Shown here one piece after another: positions 1 to 10,181 of a stretch of DNA of 64,000 nt. The translations under genes and the position numbers were made by a program. Source of the stretch: Chitinophagales bacterium (GTDB lineage: Bacteria > Bacteroidota > Bacteroidia > Chitinophagales > BACL12); contig JBGAWP010000005.1 in assembly GCA_044227505.1 (NCBI GenBank), positions 22,947 to 86,946 on the forward strand. Direction: 5' to 3'. The stretch's first letter is position 1. Every line of letters starts with the position of its first letter. The notes beneath the pieces were generated by a model. The model was not told the DNA's origin. It did not search any database and was given only the letters and a program-made list of their open reading frames with translations.

Positions 1-2005
1 CAATAAAATAGTATTCCATATCGAAAGCATTTATCGAGCCTGAAGTGGTATCAATTACCTGTAAATAAAATATAAGTTTTGAATTTGAATTAAATATTGC
101 GTCAGGAATTTCAGAGATCAGGAAGGAAGCTGATGTAGAATTAATTGTGTCAGAGGTAAGATTATTTGTCCATATGTACAATAATTCTCCCGGTGGAGTA
201 ATAGCAACACCTGATGTATCTAATAATTCAAAGAACAGATCTATGGTATCAGTATAACTTAGAAAACAATCCATAGGATCTTTTTTAATAAATACTGAGT
301 ACGTTTTTGTATTGAACATGGAACTATCGGGTAGCCATTGTTGTAAATATTCAACCACCGGGTTATAATCCTCGTTATTGATAAGATTGTTCCATTCGTT
401 GGGATCAATTTCTCTGTTGATACCAATTTCATATAATTCTTCTTCGAAATAACTATTAACAGAATCGCAGATAGTTAGGCCTCCGCCATTAGACTGATAT
501 TTGATGTAATGAAAACGATCATTTCGAACGGAGTATTGAGGAAAACAAGCTCCTTCAGAATTAGATTCTTTTTTCACGCCCGACAAAATAGGCCGTTCCC
601 AATGTTGAGCAGGCTCTTGTAAAAGAGAATACAATGTCTTTCCATCGAGATATTGTGTGCCATCGAGAAATGTTGGATATTCTGAACCGATAAGATCGCA
701 AATAGTTGGAAAAAGGTCAAGCAAACTTACCGTAGTGTTACACATTTGTTTATTCGGCTCTCTTAGATCTGAAATAATGAATGGGACACGAATATCAGTT
801 TCCCAAAGAGTGCGTTTACCCCAATGTTTTTTTTCTCCCAAACCATATCCGTTATCACCCACTAAAATTATCACTGTATTATTATATATTTCAGGATATG
901 ATTCTAAAGAGTCTAGTAATCTTCCTATTTGTGCATCCAAATATTTTATTCCCGCAAGATAAGCCATAACACAATTTGCCCTTTTCGACCAGGAAAGTAA
1001 ATCAAGTGTCAATGAATCATCGAACGCGGCATCAATAATGGGCATAGGTGAAAGGTCTTCAGCCCACTCATTAAAATTATTGTCAGCTCCTTTCACCATT
1101 CCCTGTCCCATACTATCTGTAGGTAAATTATAATAATCTGAGAATGGAATTTTGGGTTGTGGCGGCATAATTATGCCGTTTTGTGGATACGAATTTGCGG
1201 GAAAATGAAACGGGATATCAAATGGTTCCTCATAAAAATCGGCAATATATTCCGGTTTAAAATATTTTTCCGGAATGTATAATGGTTTATGCGGTTTTTT
1301 TATTCCCAGGGCAATAAAAAAGGGATTGCCACATGTAATTGTATTATCCAGTGCGAATTGTTGAATAAATTTTGTTGCGGTATCCACAGCAACATAATCC
1401 ATCATGTGTTTTTCCATGGTATCGTTAATTGCTGACCATTCATTATTAAAAACACCTTGTTCCACTAAGCCGGGTGCAATAGTTGGAGAATCGTTGTAAA
1501 CAAATATTTTATTCCATGACAATTCTTTTTCACATGGTTCGGCTGTTAAAGAATCGTATTCTTGGAAATTTTCATAACAATGAAATATTTTATTTAAGCC
1601 AAATGTAAAATATCCGAGGCTGTCTTTTAAATAACCGGGAATAGTAAAATACTCGTCATTGTTTCCGGCAGCAGTAAAATTTTGTGAAAAATTGTTGCAC
1701 TTGTATCCTGCTGCGCTGTAAATATTTGTATAACTCGGATCTTTTCCTGTGAGAAAACTCGTTCTGGAAGGACAACACAATGGTGCGGAACAGAATGCAT
1801 TTGTAAATAATGTCCCATTGTCTGAAATTCTACTAATATTCGGAGTTGTTGATTCCTGACTTCCTCCCATTCCTTCAATATAATCGTTGAGATCATCCAC
1901 AACGATTAAAATTATATTGGGTTTTGTGTCGGCCTGAGCAAATCCATTTAGTCTTGTCAACACAAAGAACAATAAAAGGCTGATATGTGATATGTGTTTC
2001 CCCAT
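1..2005 (-). CDS. Sulfatase, T9SS-array paralog 1 (3' end runs off the window edge)
   Basis: Not in the ORF track. Manual translation from ATG 2005 gives MGKHISHISLLLFFVLTRLNGFAQADTKPNIILIVVDDLNDY...CSAPLCCPSRTSFLTGK (CxPxR motif), then ALGIKKPHK and GDNGYGLGEKKHWGK; collinear with its neighbours. Confidence 0.9.
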   Translation of the reverse strand, partial: MGKHISHISLLLFFVLTRLNGFAQADTKPNIILIVVDDLNDYIEGMGGSQESTTPNISRISDNGTLFTNAFCSAPLCCPSRTSFLTGKDPSYTNIYSAAGYKCNNFSQNFTAAGNNDEYFTIPGYLKDSLGYFTFGLNKIFHCYENFQEYDSLTAEPCEKELSWNKIFVYNDSPTIAPGLVEQGVFNNEWSAINDTMEKHMMDYVAVDTATKFIQQFALDNTITCGNPFFIALGIKKPHKPLYIPEKYFKPEYIADFYEEPFDIPFHFPANSYPQNGIIMPPQPKIPFSDYYNLPTDSMGQGMVKGADNNFNEWAEDLSPMPIIDAAFDDSLTLDLLSWSKRANCVMAYLAGIKYLDAQIGRLLDSLESYPEIYNNTVIILVGDNGYGLGEKKHWGKRTLWETDIRVPFIISDLREPNKQMCNTTVSLLDLFPTICDLIGSEYPTFLDGTQYLDGKTLYSLLQEPAQHWERPILSGVKKESNSEGACFPQYSVRNDRFHYIKYQSNGGGLTICDSVNSYFEEELYEIGINREIDPNEWNNLINNEDYNPVVEYLQQWLPDSSMFNTKTYSVFIKKDPMDCFLSYTDTIDLFFELLDTSGVAITPPGELLYIWTNNLTSDTINSTSASFLISEIPDAIFNSNSKLIFYLQVIDTTSGSINAFDMEYYFI

Positions 2006-2012
2006 TTGGATC

Positions 2013-4532
2013 TCAGATAATGATGAATGGTTTTGATGAAGTAAAGGTAGGAGATTTTAGTGTGATAAAATATAACCCCTGCGGTAAATTAGACAGGTCG
2101 ATCGCATGAATCAGCAAACCGTTTTGATGCAGAATAAATTGATTTAAAAGTTTTCCCGCCACATCTGTAATTAAGATCTCTCCCTCTTGCACTAATTCTT
2201 TTGTGGCCACATTTATTAATCCATAGGAAGGATCAGGAAATATTAAAAGGTTTTCTTCTGCGGCATAGTTAAATGATACTATTTCAACTTCACGGCTCAA
2301 TTCTATGATACAAGTATCATAATTTCCAAATGAAACATAGCAGGTTATTGTAAAGATTCCATATTCGTTATAGATATGTTCACCGGGATATTGGCCATAA
2401 AAGTAATTACCATCTCCAAAATCCCACCATATAGAATCATATTCTCCTTCAACTGATACGTTGTAAACTGATACGGAATTAGATTGGTAAGTAGTATTTA
2501 CGTCAAAGGAAATTTCGGGCAATTCCTGATCAAATAAATATGCATAAATAAGATCAAATCCTACAATTACATGGGTATTTGTATCTAACATATGCACATA
2601 AAAAATTACTCTTTTTGAAGTATTAAAAACTTGAATATCATTGAACGCAAAATAAGTTTCTGTTGAAAATATAGTATCATCTGTGATATTATTGGTCCAA
2701 TAATAAAGATATTCTTCGGGTGGTGAAATTTTGAGACCCGCTGTATCATAAATTTCAAAAGAAAGAAAAATGGAATCCTCAAGAATAAGCTGGCAACTTG
2801 TTTGGTCGAAATGAGGATCAAGATTAAATGTTGTTTTAGTATATAATGGATGACCAGGAATCCATTGTGATAAATATTCAACAACTGGAATAAAATCAGG
2901 ATTGCCTATTAGATTATTCCATTCATTGGGATCGGTTTCACGAAAAGTTCCTATTTCATACAGTTCTTCTAATAAGACAGAATTTAATGAGTCACAAGTT
3001 AAGTTTCCCTGCACATTGTTAGAATGATATTGTATATAATGAAACCGTTCGTTGCGAACTGAATATTGTTCATTACAGGAAACTTGTTTCCCATCTTCTG
3101 CCATATAAGTTGTAAGCACAGGTGATTCGTAGTGTAATGTGCTGTCATTTAAAATAGAAACGAGGCTTTTACCTTCAAGATATTTGGAGCTATCCGGAAA
3201 AAGCGGATATGCATTTAATGTTAGATCGCATATGGTTGGAAAAAGATCCAGTAAACTTACATTAATTGTGCAGGTTTTTTGAATTGGATTTCGCATGTCA
3301 ATTATTATAAATGGAATTCGAATATCGGTTTCCCAAAGGGCATTTTTTTTCCAGTGTTTTTTTTCATCTAACGCGAATCCATGATCACTGGATATAATAA
3401 TCACCGAATTGTTTAAAAGTTCAGGGTGCGTATTAAGTGCATCCCAGAATCTTCCCAGTTGTTCATCAACAAATTTTACTGCAGCAAGATAGGCCATGGT
3501 TGCATTTGCCAATTTAGATTTCATGAGTACGTTGGCTGATTGTTCAGTGTCTAAAGTATCGCTGATGGAAAGTATTAAACTGATACTATCGGCCCAAGTT
3601 TCAAAATCATTATGCACTGCCACATTTGAAAGGCTTTTGCCAACAAAATTTAAGCTGTCGTAATCGGAATAGGGTATTACCGGTTGAGGAGGAAGCACAA
3701 CGCCATTATATGGAAAAGTTTCCTTCGGATCGTTATAAGGAATTTGATACGGAGTTTGAAAAAAATCGGAAATGTAAAAAGGTAGAAAATATTGTTCAGG
3801 AATAAATAATTCTAAATGTGGTTTGTGATAACCCAGTGCAAGAAAAAAAGGTTTATCGCAAAAATCGGAAGGATTAGTTGCATAATCGTTTAGAAATGTT
3901 GCAGCTTTATCTGTGATCGTAAAGTCCTGCATATCGGTTGTAAGAGAGTCGTCGATCTGCGCCCATTCGAATTTACCTACATCCTCATCCAAGGATTCAC
4001 CAACATTAATGATACCTCCATTATTTCCAGTATATATATCTTCATTCCATGATAGTGTTTTTGCGCAATTATCTAAAGTAATATCATCATAATCATTAAA
4101 ATTTTGGTCAGCATGAAAAATTTTGTTAAAGGTGATCGTATAATATCCGCCATTATCTTTTAAATATTCGGGTAAAGTAATTAAATATTTTTCCGGAGGG
4201 AAGTTAGATCTGAAATCGAATTCATTAAATTCTTCATTGTTATAAACACCAGTGTAGGTTGGATTTTTGCCTAATAACAAACTTGTTCTGGAAGGCGCAC
4301 ATACAGGGGCGGAACAATAAGCATTTAAAAAAGTGGTTCCAAGAGAGGAAATAGCATTTAAATTTGGAGTTTCAACTTGTGGGTGCCCCCCGAAAGGCTC
4401 AACCCAGTCGTTAAGATCATCAAACATAATAAAAATGATATTCGGTTTTTCTGCAGTTTGTGCAAAAGATATTTTAGGGAACAAAAAGGTTCCAAACAGC
4501 AAAAACAAAAATGGATCAAGTTGTTTTCTCAT
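2013..4532 (-). CDS. Sulfatase + PKD + T9SS type-A sorting domain (paralog 2)
   Basis: DDLND, CAPSR, KPH and SDHG motifs; WDFGDG PKD motif; C-terminal IFPDPS...GLYFI. Start moved from 4610 to ATG 4532, which gives a signal peptide ending FAQ. Confidence 0.9.
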   Translation of the reverse strand: MRKQLDPFLFLLFGTFLFPKISFAQTAEKPNIIFIMFDDLNDWVEPFGGHPQVETPNLNAISSLGTTFLNAYCSAPVCAPSRTSLLLGKNPTYTGVYNNEEFNEFDFRSNFPPEKYLITLPEYLKDNGGYYTITFNKIFHADQNFNDYDDITLDNCAKTLSWNEDIYTGNNGGIINVGESLDEDVGKFEWAQIDDSLTTDMQDFTITDKAATFLNDYATNPSDFCDKPFFLALGYHKPHLELFIPEQYFLPFYISDFFQTPYQIPYNDPKETFPYNGVVLPPQPVIPYSDYDSLNFVGKSLSNVAVHNDFETWADSISLILSISDTLDTEQSANVLMKSKLANATMAYLAAVKFVDEQLGRFWDALNTHPELLNNSVIIISSDHGFALDEKKHWKKNALWETDIRIPFIIIDMRNPIQKTCTINVSLLDLFPTICDLTLNAYPLFPDSSKYLEGKSLVSILNDSTLHYESPVLTTYMAEDGKQVSCNEQYSVRNERFHYIQYHSNNVQGNLTCDSLNSVLLEELYEIGTFRETDPNEWNNLIGNPDFIPVVEYLSQWIPGHPLYTKTTFNLDPHFDQTSCQLILEDSIFLSFEIYDTAGLKISPPEEYLYYWTNNITDDTIFSTETYFAFNDIQVFNTSKRVIFYVHMLDTNTHVIVGFDLIYAYLFDQELPEISFDVNTTYQSNSVSVYNVSVEGEYDSIWWDFGDGNYFYGQYPGEHIYNEYGIFTITCYVSFGNYDTCIIELSREVEIVSFNYAAEENLLIFPDPSYGLINVATKELVQEGEILITDVAGKLLNQFILHQNGLLIHAIDLSNLPQGLYFITLKSPTFTSSKPFIII

Positions 4533-5075
4533 TCCAAAAATGGGAAATTTAAAATATGCAAATTGTTGGTTTGAACAAATCAGTCCGCACGATACTTTAG
4601 TGTTTACCATTTAACCTGGAATCTGCAATAAATTAAATGAATTTTTCAAAAATTGCGTTTAACGCATTATTAAAGGTAAATTTACTTAAATTTAACAAAT
4701 GTGAAGTGTTTTTCGGGTGAAATCAATAAATAACTACATGAATTGCACACTTGAGTTAGTGAAGGGTTATTGGTGAACCTGGAAAAACTTGAAATAAAAG
4801 CACTTTATATTAAAAAATTTCTTAATGTAATACTTCAAAGGGCAAAACCTTAATTTCCTGTTTGTGATTATTTGCACAAATTATTGACCTACCGGGAACG
4901 GCCTCAAATCAATAGAAAAATTTAAATAATTGATCACTGAAGATTTAAATACAGTTTGGCAAAGACATTCATATCTTTACATGTAATTATGGAGCATAGG
5001 GAAAGAAAAAGAATAATAAAATGTACAGTGTGTTTTTCAAATTATTTATAACTAAAGATGATATATAAAATTTAT

Positions 5076-7598
5076 TTATCTTACAATTTCCAACAATTTA
5101 TTTCCGGTAAATTCACCTGAATTTACAACAATAATATAATTGCCCGGAATTAATTTCTGTGTATTGATCTGAATGGACATCTGAGGAGATAAATATTTTT
5201 GTTCAAACACCTCTTTTCCTAAAACATCAATTATTTTAACTGATAATTCGGTTGTCGGTTTGTCTAATACAATATTTAAAATATCATCAACAGGATTTGG
5301 GAATACACTAAAATTCAAAGCTACAATTCCTTTCCTGGTAATCGTGATATTTTTTGCCTTACTTTTCAGGCATCCATTTCCGTACTCAATAAAATTGGTA
5401 ATGGTATAGGGTCCGGGGGCAGTATAAAAATGAGTATCCGGAATAAATTCCTCAGAGGTAATGCCATCGCCGAAAGTCCAGTAGGTATTCGTGTAACTGC
5501 CAGTAATGCTGTATGAAACAATATCGGCGCTGTTAAATACATCATCGGTTACTATATTAAAAGATGATACGGGTTTATTTGCACCATTTATGAATATTTC
5601 ATGTGTATTAAAAGCCACAAGTTCTCCTGATAATAAATCGGTAACTTCAAGATAAAATCTGATCTTGTCATTTGCTGCAAACTCAGCAGGAAGAATTGTG
5701 GCGGTGTTAAAACTGTAGGTTTTTCCAATAAATACAGCTGCAGTTAAATTATTGGTCCATTTAAACTGATAATTTGATAAAGCCGCACCTGTTATTAAAA
5801 CGCCTTCATCATTATATAAATTGACTTGAAGTTTAAAGGAAGTGTGATCATTTAATAAGCAAGGAAGCGTTTTGGTTACAATTTTGGCGGAATAAACTTT
5901 CTGCAAATACAACAGGTTATCCGGTAAAAAAAGTCTCAGATAATTAAGTACAGGAGTATAATCTTCATCATTAATTAAATTGTTCCATTCATATGGATCA
6001 ACCTTTCTGTCAATACCAATTTCATATAATTCTTCCTCAAAATAACTGCTTGGTTCATCGCATATCAGTTCGCCTCCTCCATTGGATTGATAGCGAATGT
6101 AATGAAACCGTTCGTTGCGAACAGAATATTGGGGGAAACAATGTAATTCCTCCACATCCCGTTGTTTTTCCGAACTAAGCACCGGCCTTTCCCATATTGC
6201 CAAAGGATTATTAATTAAAGGAAGAAGGCTTTCTCCATCTAAATAATCAGAGCCGTCGATAAATTGCGGGTATTCAATTTCAACAAGATCGCAGATCGTT
6301 GGAAAAAGATCTAATAATCCTACGGTTCTGGTGCAAACTTTATTTACCGGTTCTCTGAAATCGGCAATGATGAGTGAAGTTCTTACATCGGTATCCCAAA
6401 GTGCATATTTTTCCCAATGTCTTTTTTGACCAAGTGAATACCCATTGTCTCCCATAAAAATAATAATGGAATTGTTTAATATCTCGGGATGAGCGCTAAG
6501 TGTTTCAAATAATCTTCCTACCTGTGCATCAACAAAATTTACTGCTGCCAGATAGGCCATAACTGCATTTGCTCTTTTACTCCAGGTCAAAATATCTATG
6601 CGTTCTTCTTCCGTAAGATCCGGATCAATAACAGGATAGGGAGAAAGGTCTTCCAAAACCCATTCTACAAAGGAAGTGTCTTTTGCTTCCACCATTTCAC
6701 GTCCTAATCCACCCAAAGGCAAACTATCAAGATCGGAAAAAGGAATTTCAGGTTGTGGAGGCATTATGACACCATTTGCCGGAAAAGCATTTGCAGGAAA
6801 ATTATAGGGAATATTAAACGGATCCGCACTAAAATCATCGATATAAGCGTCAAGAAAATATTTCTCAGGTAAAAATTGTGTTTTATGCGGTTTGTTTATT
6901 CCCAGAGCAAGAAAAAATGGTTTATTGCAGATAACACTTTCATCAATTGCTACCTGATTTATAAAAGAAATAGCGCTGTCAACCGCGATATAATCATCCA
7001 GATATGGCTCTAAGGTGTCGTTCAATTTACCAAAATTATAACCATCAACTCCTTCATCAATATCTGCAATAATGGGAGCAAGAAAATCTTCATCTTCATA
7101 ATAATAATATCTGTTCCACGCTTTAGTTTTTTCGCAGGCATCTTCCGTGTCTTCATCATATTCAACAAGGTTGACAGGGCAATGAAATATTTTATTTAAA
7201 CTATAGGTAAAATATCCTCCGGTGTTTTTTAAATAGCCCGGCAATGTATAATATTCCTCATTTCCTTTTGCAGGCGTAAAATTTGATTGAAAATCAAAAC
7301 ATTTCAATTTGTCGTTTGAATAAACCTGGGTATAGTGGAGGTCTTTGCCGGTTAAAAAGCTGGTGCGTGAAGGTCCACACAGAGGGCAGGAAACATAAGC
7401 ATTTGTGAATAGAATACCATTATTTGCAATTTCTGTGATATTTGGAGTTTCTATATCCGGATTGCTGTTCAGCAATTGGATGTAATTATTCAGGTCGTCA
7501 GAAACGATCAGAATGATATTTGGTTTTTCGGCGCCCACTTGTGCTTTTGCACTGAGAACAAATAGGAGCAATATCAGGTTACTGATTGTGCATTTCAT
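5076..7598 (-). CDS. Sulfatase + PKD + T9SS sorting domain (paralog 3)
   Basis: Signal peptide, CGPSR, KPH, GDNG, WTFGDG, VFPNP...PGNYII. Confidence 0.92.
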   Translation of the reverse strand: MKCTISNLILLLFVLSAKAQVGAEKPNIILIVSDDLNNYIQLLNSNPDIETPNITEIANNGILFTNAYVSCPLCGPSRTSFLTGKDLHYTQVYSNDKLKCFDFQSNFTPAKGNEEYYTLPGYLKNTGGYFTYSLNKIFHCPVNLVEYDEDTEDACEKTKAWNRYYYYEDEDFLAPIIADIDEGVDGYNFGKLNDTLEPYLDDYIAVDSAISFINQVAIDESVICNKPFFLALGINKPHKTQFLPEKYFLDAYIDDFSADPFNIPYNFPANAFPANGVIMPPQPEIPFSDLDSLPLGGLGREMVEAKDTSFVEWVLEDLSPYPVIDPDLTEEERIDILTWSKRANAVMAYLAAVNFVDAQVGRLFETLSAHPEILNNSIIIFMGDNGYSLGQKRHWEKYALWDTDVRTSLIIADFREPVNKVCTRTVGLLDLFPTICDLVEIEYPQFIDGSDYLDGESLLPLINNPLAIWERPVLSSEKQRDVEELHCFPQYSVRNERFHYIRYQSNGGGELICDEPSSYFEEELYEIGIDRKVDPYEWNNLINDEDYTPVLNYLRLFLPDNLLYLQKVYSAKIVTKTLPCLLNDHTSFKLQVNLYNDEGVLITGAALSNYQFKWTNNLTAAVFIGKTYSFNTATILPAEFAANDKIRFYLEVTDLLSGELVAFNTHEIFINGANKPVSSFNIVTDDVFNSADIVSYSITGSYTNTYWTFGDGITSEEFIPDTHFYTAPGPYTITNFIEYGNGCLKSKAKNITITRKGIVALNFSVFPNPVDDILNIVLDKPTTELSVKIIDVLGKEVFEQKYLSPQMSIQINTQKLIPGNYIIVVNSGEFTGNKLLEIVR

Positions 7599-7626
7599 AA
7601 CTCGGATTTAATATGTTCATTTGTTT

Positions 7627-10149
7627 TTAATTCACAATTTCGAACGTTTTATTTCCTGAATATTTGCCTGCATTAATTTTTACAATATAAGTTCCAGAAG
7701 ACAAATTCGATGTATTTATCCGGATAACATCGTCGTATTCTGAAAATGATCTGGTTATTACTTCTTCGCCTAATATATTTACGATCTGTAAAGTTCCTTC
7801 CATAAAATTTTCATCTAATTCAATGGTGACTACTTCTGATGCGGGATTGGGGTAAAGGGAAAAATTCATATTGATTTCTCCTTCCCGCGTAATAGTAATA
7901 TTTTTCGCCTTGCTTTTCAGACATCCATTTCCATACTCAATATAATTTCTGATTGTATAAGGACCCGGAGCTGCATAAAAATGTGTGTCAGGTATATATT
8001 CCTCCGAAGTAGTTCCATCACCGAAGGTCCAGTAGGTATTTGTATAGCTTCCAATAATATTATAGGACACAATATCTGCGCTATTTAAAACAGGATCGGT
8101 AACAACACTGAATGTGGATGATGGCGTGTTTGCACTATTAATAGAAATTGTTTTTGTATTAAATGCCACCATCTGTCCTGAAGTAAGATCTGTTACCTCC
8201 AGATAAAAAATTATTTTATTGTTTGCGGCAAAAACCGCGGCAGGAATTGTTGCTGTATTAAAATTATAATTTCTTCCGTAAAAAATTGCTGCAGTTAAAT
8301 TATTGGTCCATTTAAATTGATAGTTGGATAGGGCGCCCCCGGTTATTGCAACGCCCATATCGGAATATAAAAAGGAAGAAATTTTTACAGTTGTGCTATT
8401 ATTTAAAAAACAAGGTAAAGTTTTTGTGGAAGTTTGTACCGTAAATGCTTTTTGTAAATACATGGAACCACCAGGCATAAATTCTTCCAGATAATCGATA
8501 ACCGGTGCATAATTCGGATCTGCCGCCAAATTATTCCATTCATTTGGATCGGTTTCCCGGTCAACGCCAATTTCATATAGTTCTTCTTCGTAATATACAC
8601 CACCCAAATCACAAACGTTTATTGCAAGATCGCCGTTGTTGTTTTTTTGATATCGTATGTAATGGTATTTTTCATTGCGTACTGAATAATGCGGGAAGCA
8701 ACCTCCTATACCCGTTGTTCTTTTTGTGGTGGATAAGGAAGGATTTTCGATAAATAAATTTGGGTTGTCGAGCAAAGGAACTATACTATGTCCATCGAGG
8801 TAATCACTTCCGTCTGCAAAAGTGGGATACGCAACATCAGCGAGGTCGCATATGGTGGGAAAAAGATCTAAAAGAGATACATTTCTTGTGCTTACCTGAT
8901 TTCCTGGTCTTGATGGATCTACAATAATAAATGGAACACGCAGATCTGTTTCCCATAACGACCACTTTGTCCAGTGTCTCTTTTCCCCCAATGAATAACC
9001 ATTATCACCAACCAAAACGATGATCGTATTTTCCAGTAATTCGGGAAAGGCATTAAGTGTATCGAGTACTTTCCCTATCATCGCATCGATATATTGCACT
9101 GCAGCAACGTAAGTAGCGTCTTCATTACAAGCAGCGGTTTGTTTTAATATTTCTATTCTCTCCTCATCCGTTAAGCCGGGGTCAATTTCGGGTAAAAAAG
9201 GAAGATCGTTTGTAAAATCAATGAGCTCCTGATATCCTTCACCAAAATCAGCTAATTTTTGTCCTACTCCAAGATCGGGAAGCTGATAATAATCATTATA
9301 TATAGGTTCGGGTTGTGGTGGCATTACGTGGCCATTATAAGGAAATGCGTTTGCCGGAGAATTATACGGAGCAACAAAAGGTTCCTCGTAAACGTCATGC
9401 AAATAATAAGGCTGATAATATTTTTGAGGAATATATCTATCGGAATGAGGCCTATTATATCCTAAGGCTAAAAAGAAGGGTCTGTCGCAGGTATTATAAG
9501 ATCCATCAGCATATTGACTAATAAATCGCATAGCGCTATCGGTTAGGATATAATCCTGCAATAAGGGTTCAAGCGAATCGGGGATCATTCCCCAGTTAAA
9601 ATTCGGAGCAAATGAATAATCATCCAAAAGATCCATTAAATCAAGTGTTTCATCGAAGTGTTTCATTTTATTCCATGACAAACCTTTTTCACAAAAATCA
9701 GGTGTGGTTTTATCGTAATCGTTGGATGCGGCATTGTGGAATATTTTTTCTAAGGCGAACGTATAATAACCGCCGGAGTCTTTTAATATTTCAGGTAATG
9801 TAAAAACTTCTGCATTCCCCTCCGCAGCTGTAAAATTGGTTCGAAATTTACCCAAATAGTCTTCATTATTGAATACTTTGGTATAGGCAACATCCTTGCC
9901 CGATAGGAAACTTGTTCTGGAAGGTGCACAACCGGGTGAATTTACATAGCCGTTTAAAAAGGTAGTCCCGTTAGCGGCAATTGCATTAATATTCGGAGTC
10001 TCCACCTGAGGATGGCCGCTGTAACTTTCAATATAATCGTTGAGATCGTCCACCACAATAAAAATAAAATTGGGTTTAACGGGAACAACTTGTGCTGAAA
10101 GTTGAACAAGGGAAACAATAAAAAAAAGGAGTGAAATTCGAATTTTCAT
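7627..10149 (-). CDS. Sulfatase + PKD + T9SS sorting domain (paralog 4)
   Basis: CAPSR, RPH, GDNG, WTFGDG, LYPNPA...SGTYIV. ATG 10149 preferred over TTG 10170. Confidence 0.92.
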   Translation of the reverse strand: MKIRISLLFFIVSLVQLSAQVVPVKPNFIFIVVDDLNDYIESYSGHPQVETPNINAIAANGTTFLNGYVNSPGCAPSRTSFLSGKDVAYTKVFNNEDYLGKFRTNFTAAEGNAEVFTLPEILKDSGGYYTFALEKIFHNAASNDYDKTTPDFCEKGLSWNKMKHFDETLDLMDLLDDYSFAPNFNWGMIPDSLEPLLQDYILTDSAMRFISQYADGSYNTCDRPFFLALGYNRPHSDRYIPQKYYQPYYLHDVYEEPFVAPYNSPANAFPYNGHVMPPQPEPIYNDYYQLPDLGVGQKLADFGEGYQELIDFTNDLPFLPEIDPGLTDEERIEILKQTAACNEDATYVAAVQYIDAMIGKVLDTLNAFPELLENTIIVLVGDNGYSLGEKRHWTKWSLWETDLRVPFIIVDPSRPGNQVSTRNVSLLDLFPTICDLADVAYPTFADGSDYLDGHSIVPLLDNPNLFIENPSLSTTKRTTGIGGCFPHYSVRNEKYHYIRYQKNNNGDLAINVCDLGGVYYEEELYEIGVDRETDPNEWNNLAADPNYAPVIDYLEEFMPGGSMYLQKAFTVQTSTKTLPCFLNNSTTVKISSFLYSDMGVAITGGALSNYQFKWTNNLTAAIFYGRNYNFNTATIPAAVFAANNKIIFYLEVTDLTSGQMVAFNTKTISINSANTPSSTFSVVTDPVLNSADIVSYNIIGSYTNTYWTFGDGTTSEEYIPDTHFYAAPGPYTIRNYIEYGNGCLKSKAKNITITREGEINMNFSLYPNPASEVVTIELDENFMEGTLQIVNILGEEVITRSFSEYDDVIRINTSNLSSGTYIVKINAGKYSGNKTFEIVN

Positions 10150-10181
10150 TTGGCTTTTATTAAACTTCAAAAGTGATAGGG

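Noticed and set aside
657-1902. Short ORFs 657-962, 781-969 and 1627-1902
   Set aside because: Shadow frames of the edge-truncated sulfatase at 1-2005; the other short ORFs nested in long genes were dismissed likewise.
4533-4610. N-terminal extension of sulfatase paralog 2
   Set aside because: ATG 4532 gives a normal signal peptide and a length matching the paralogs.
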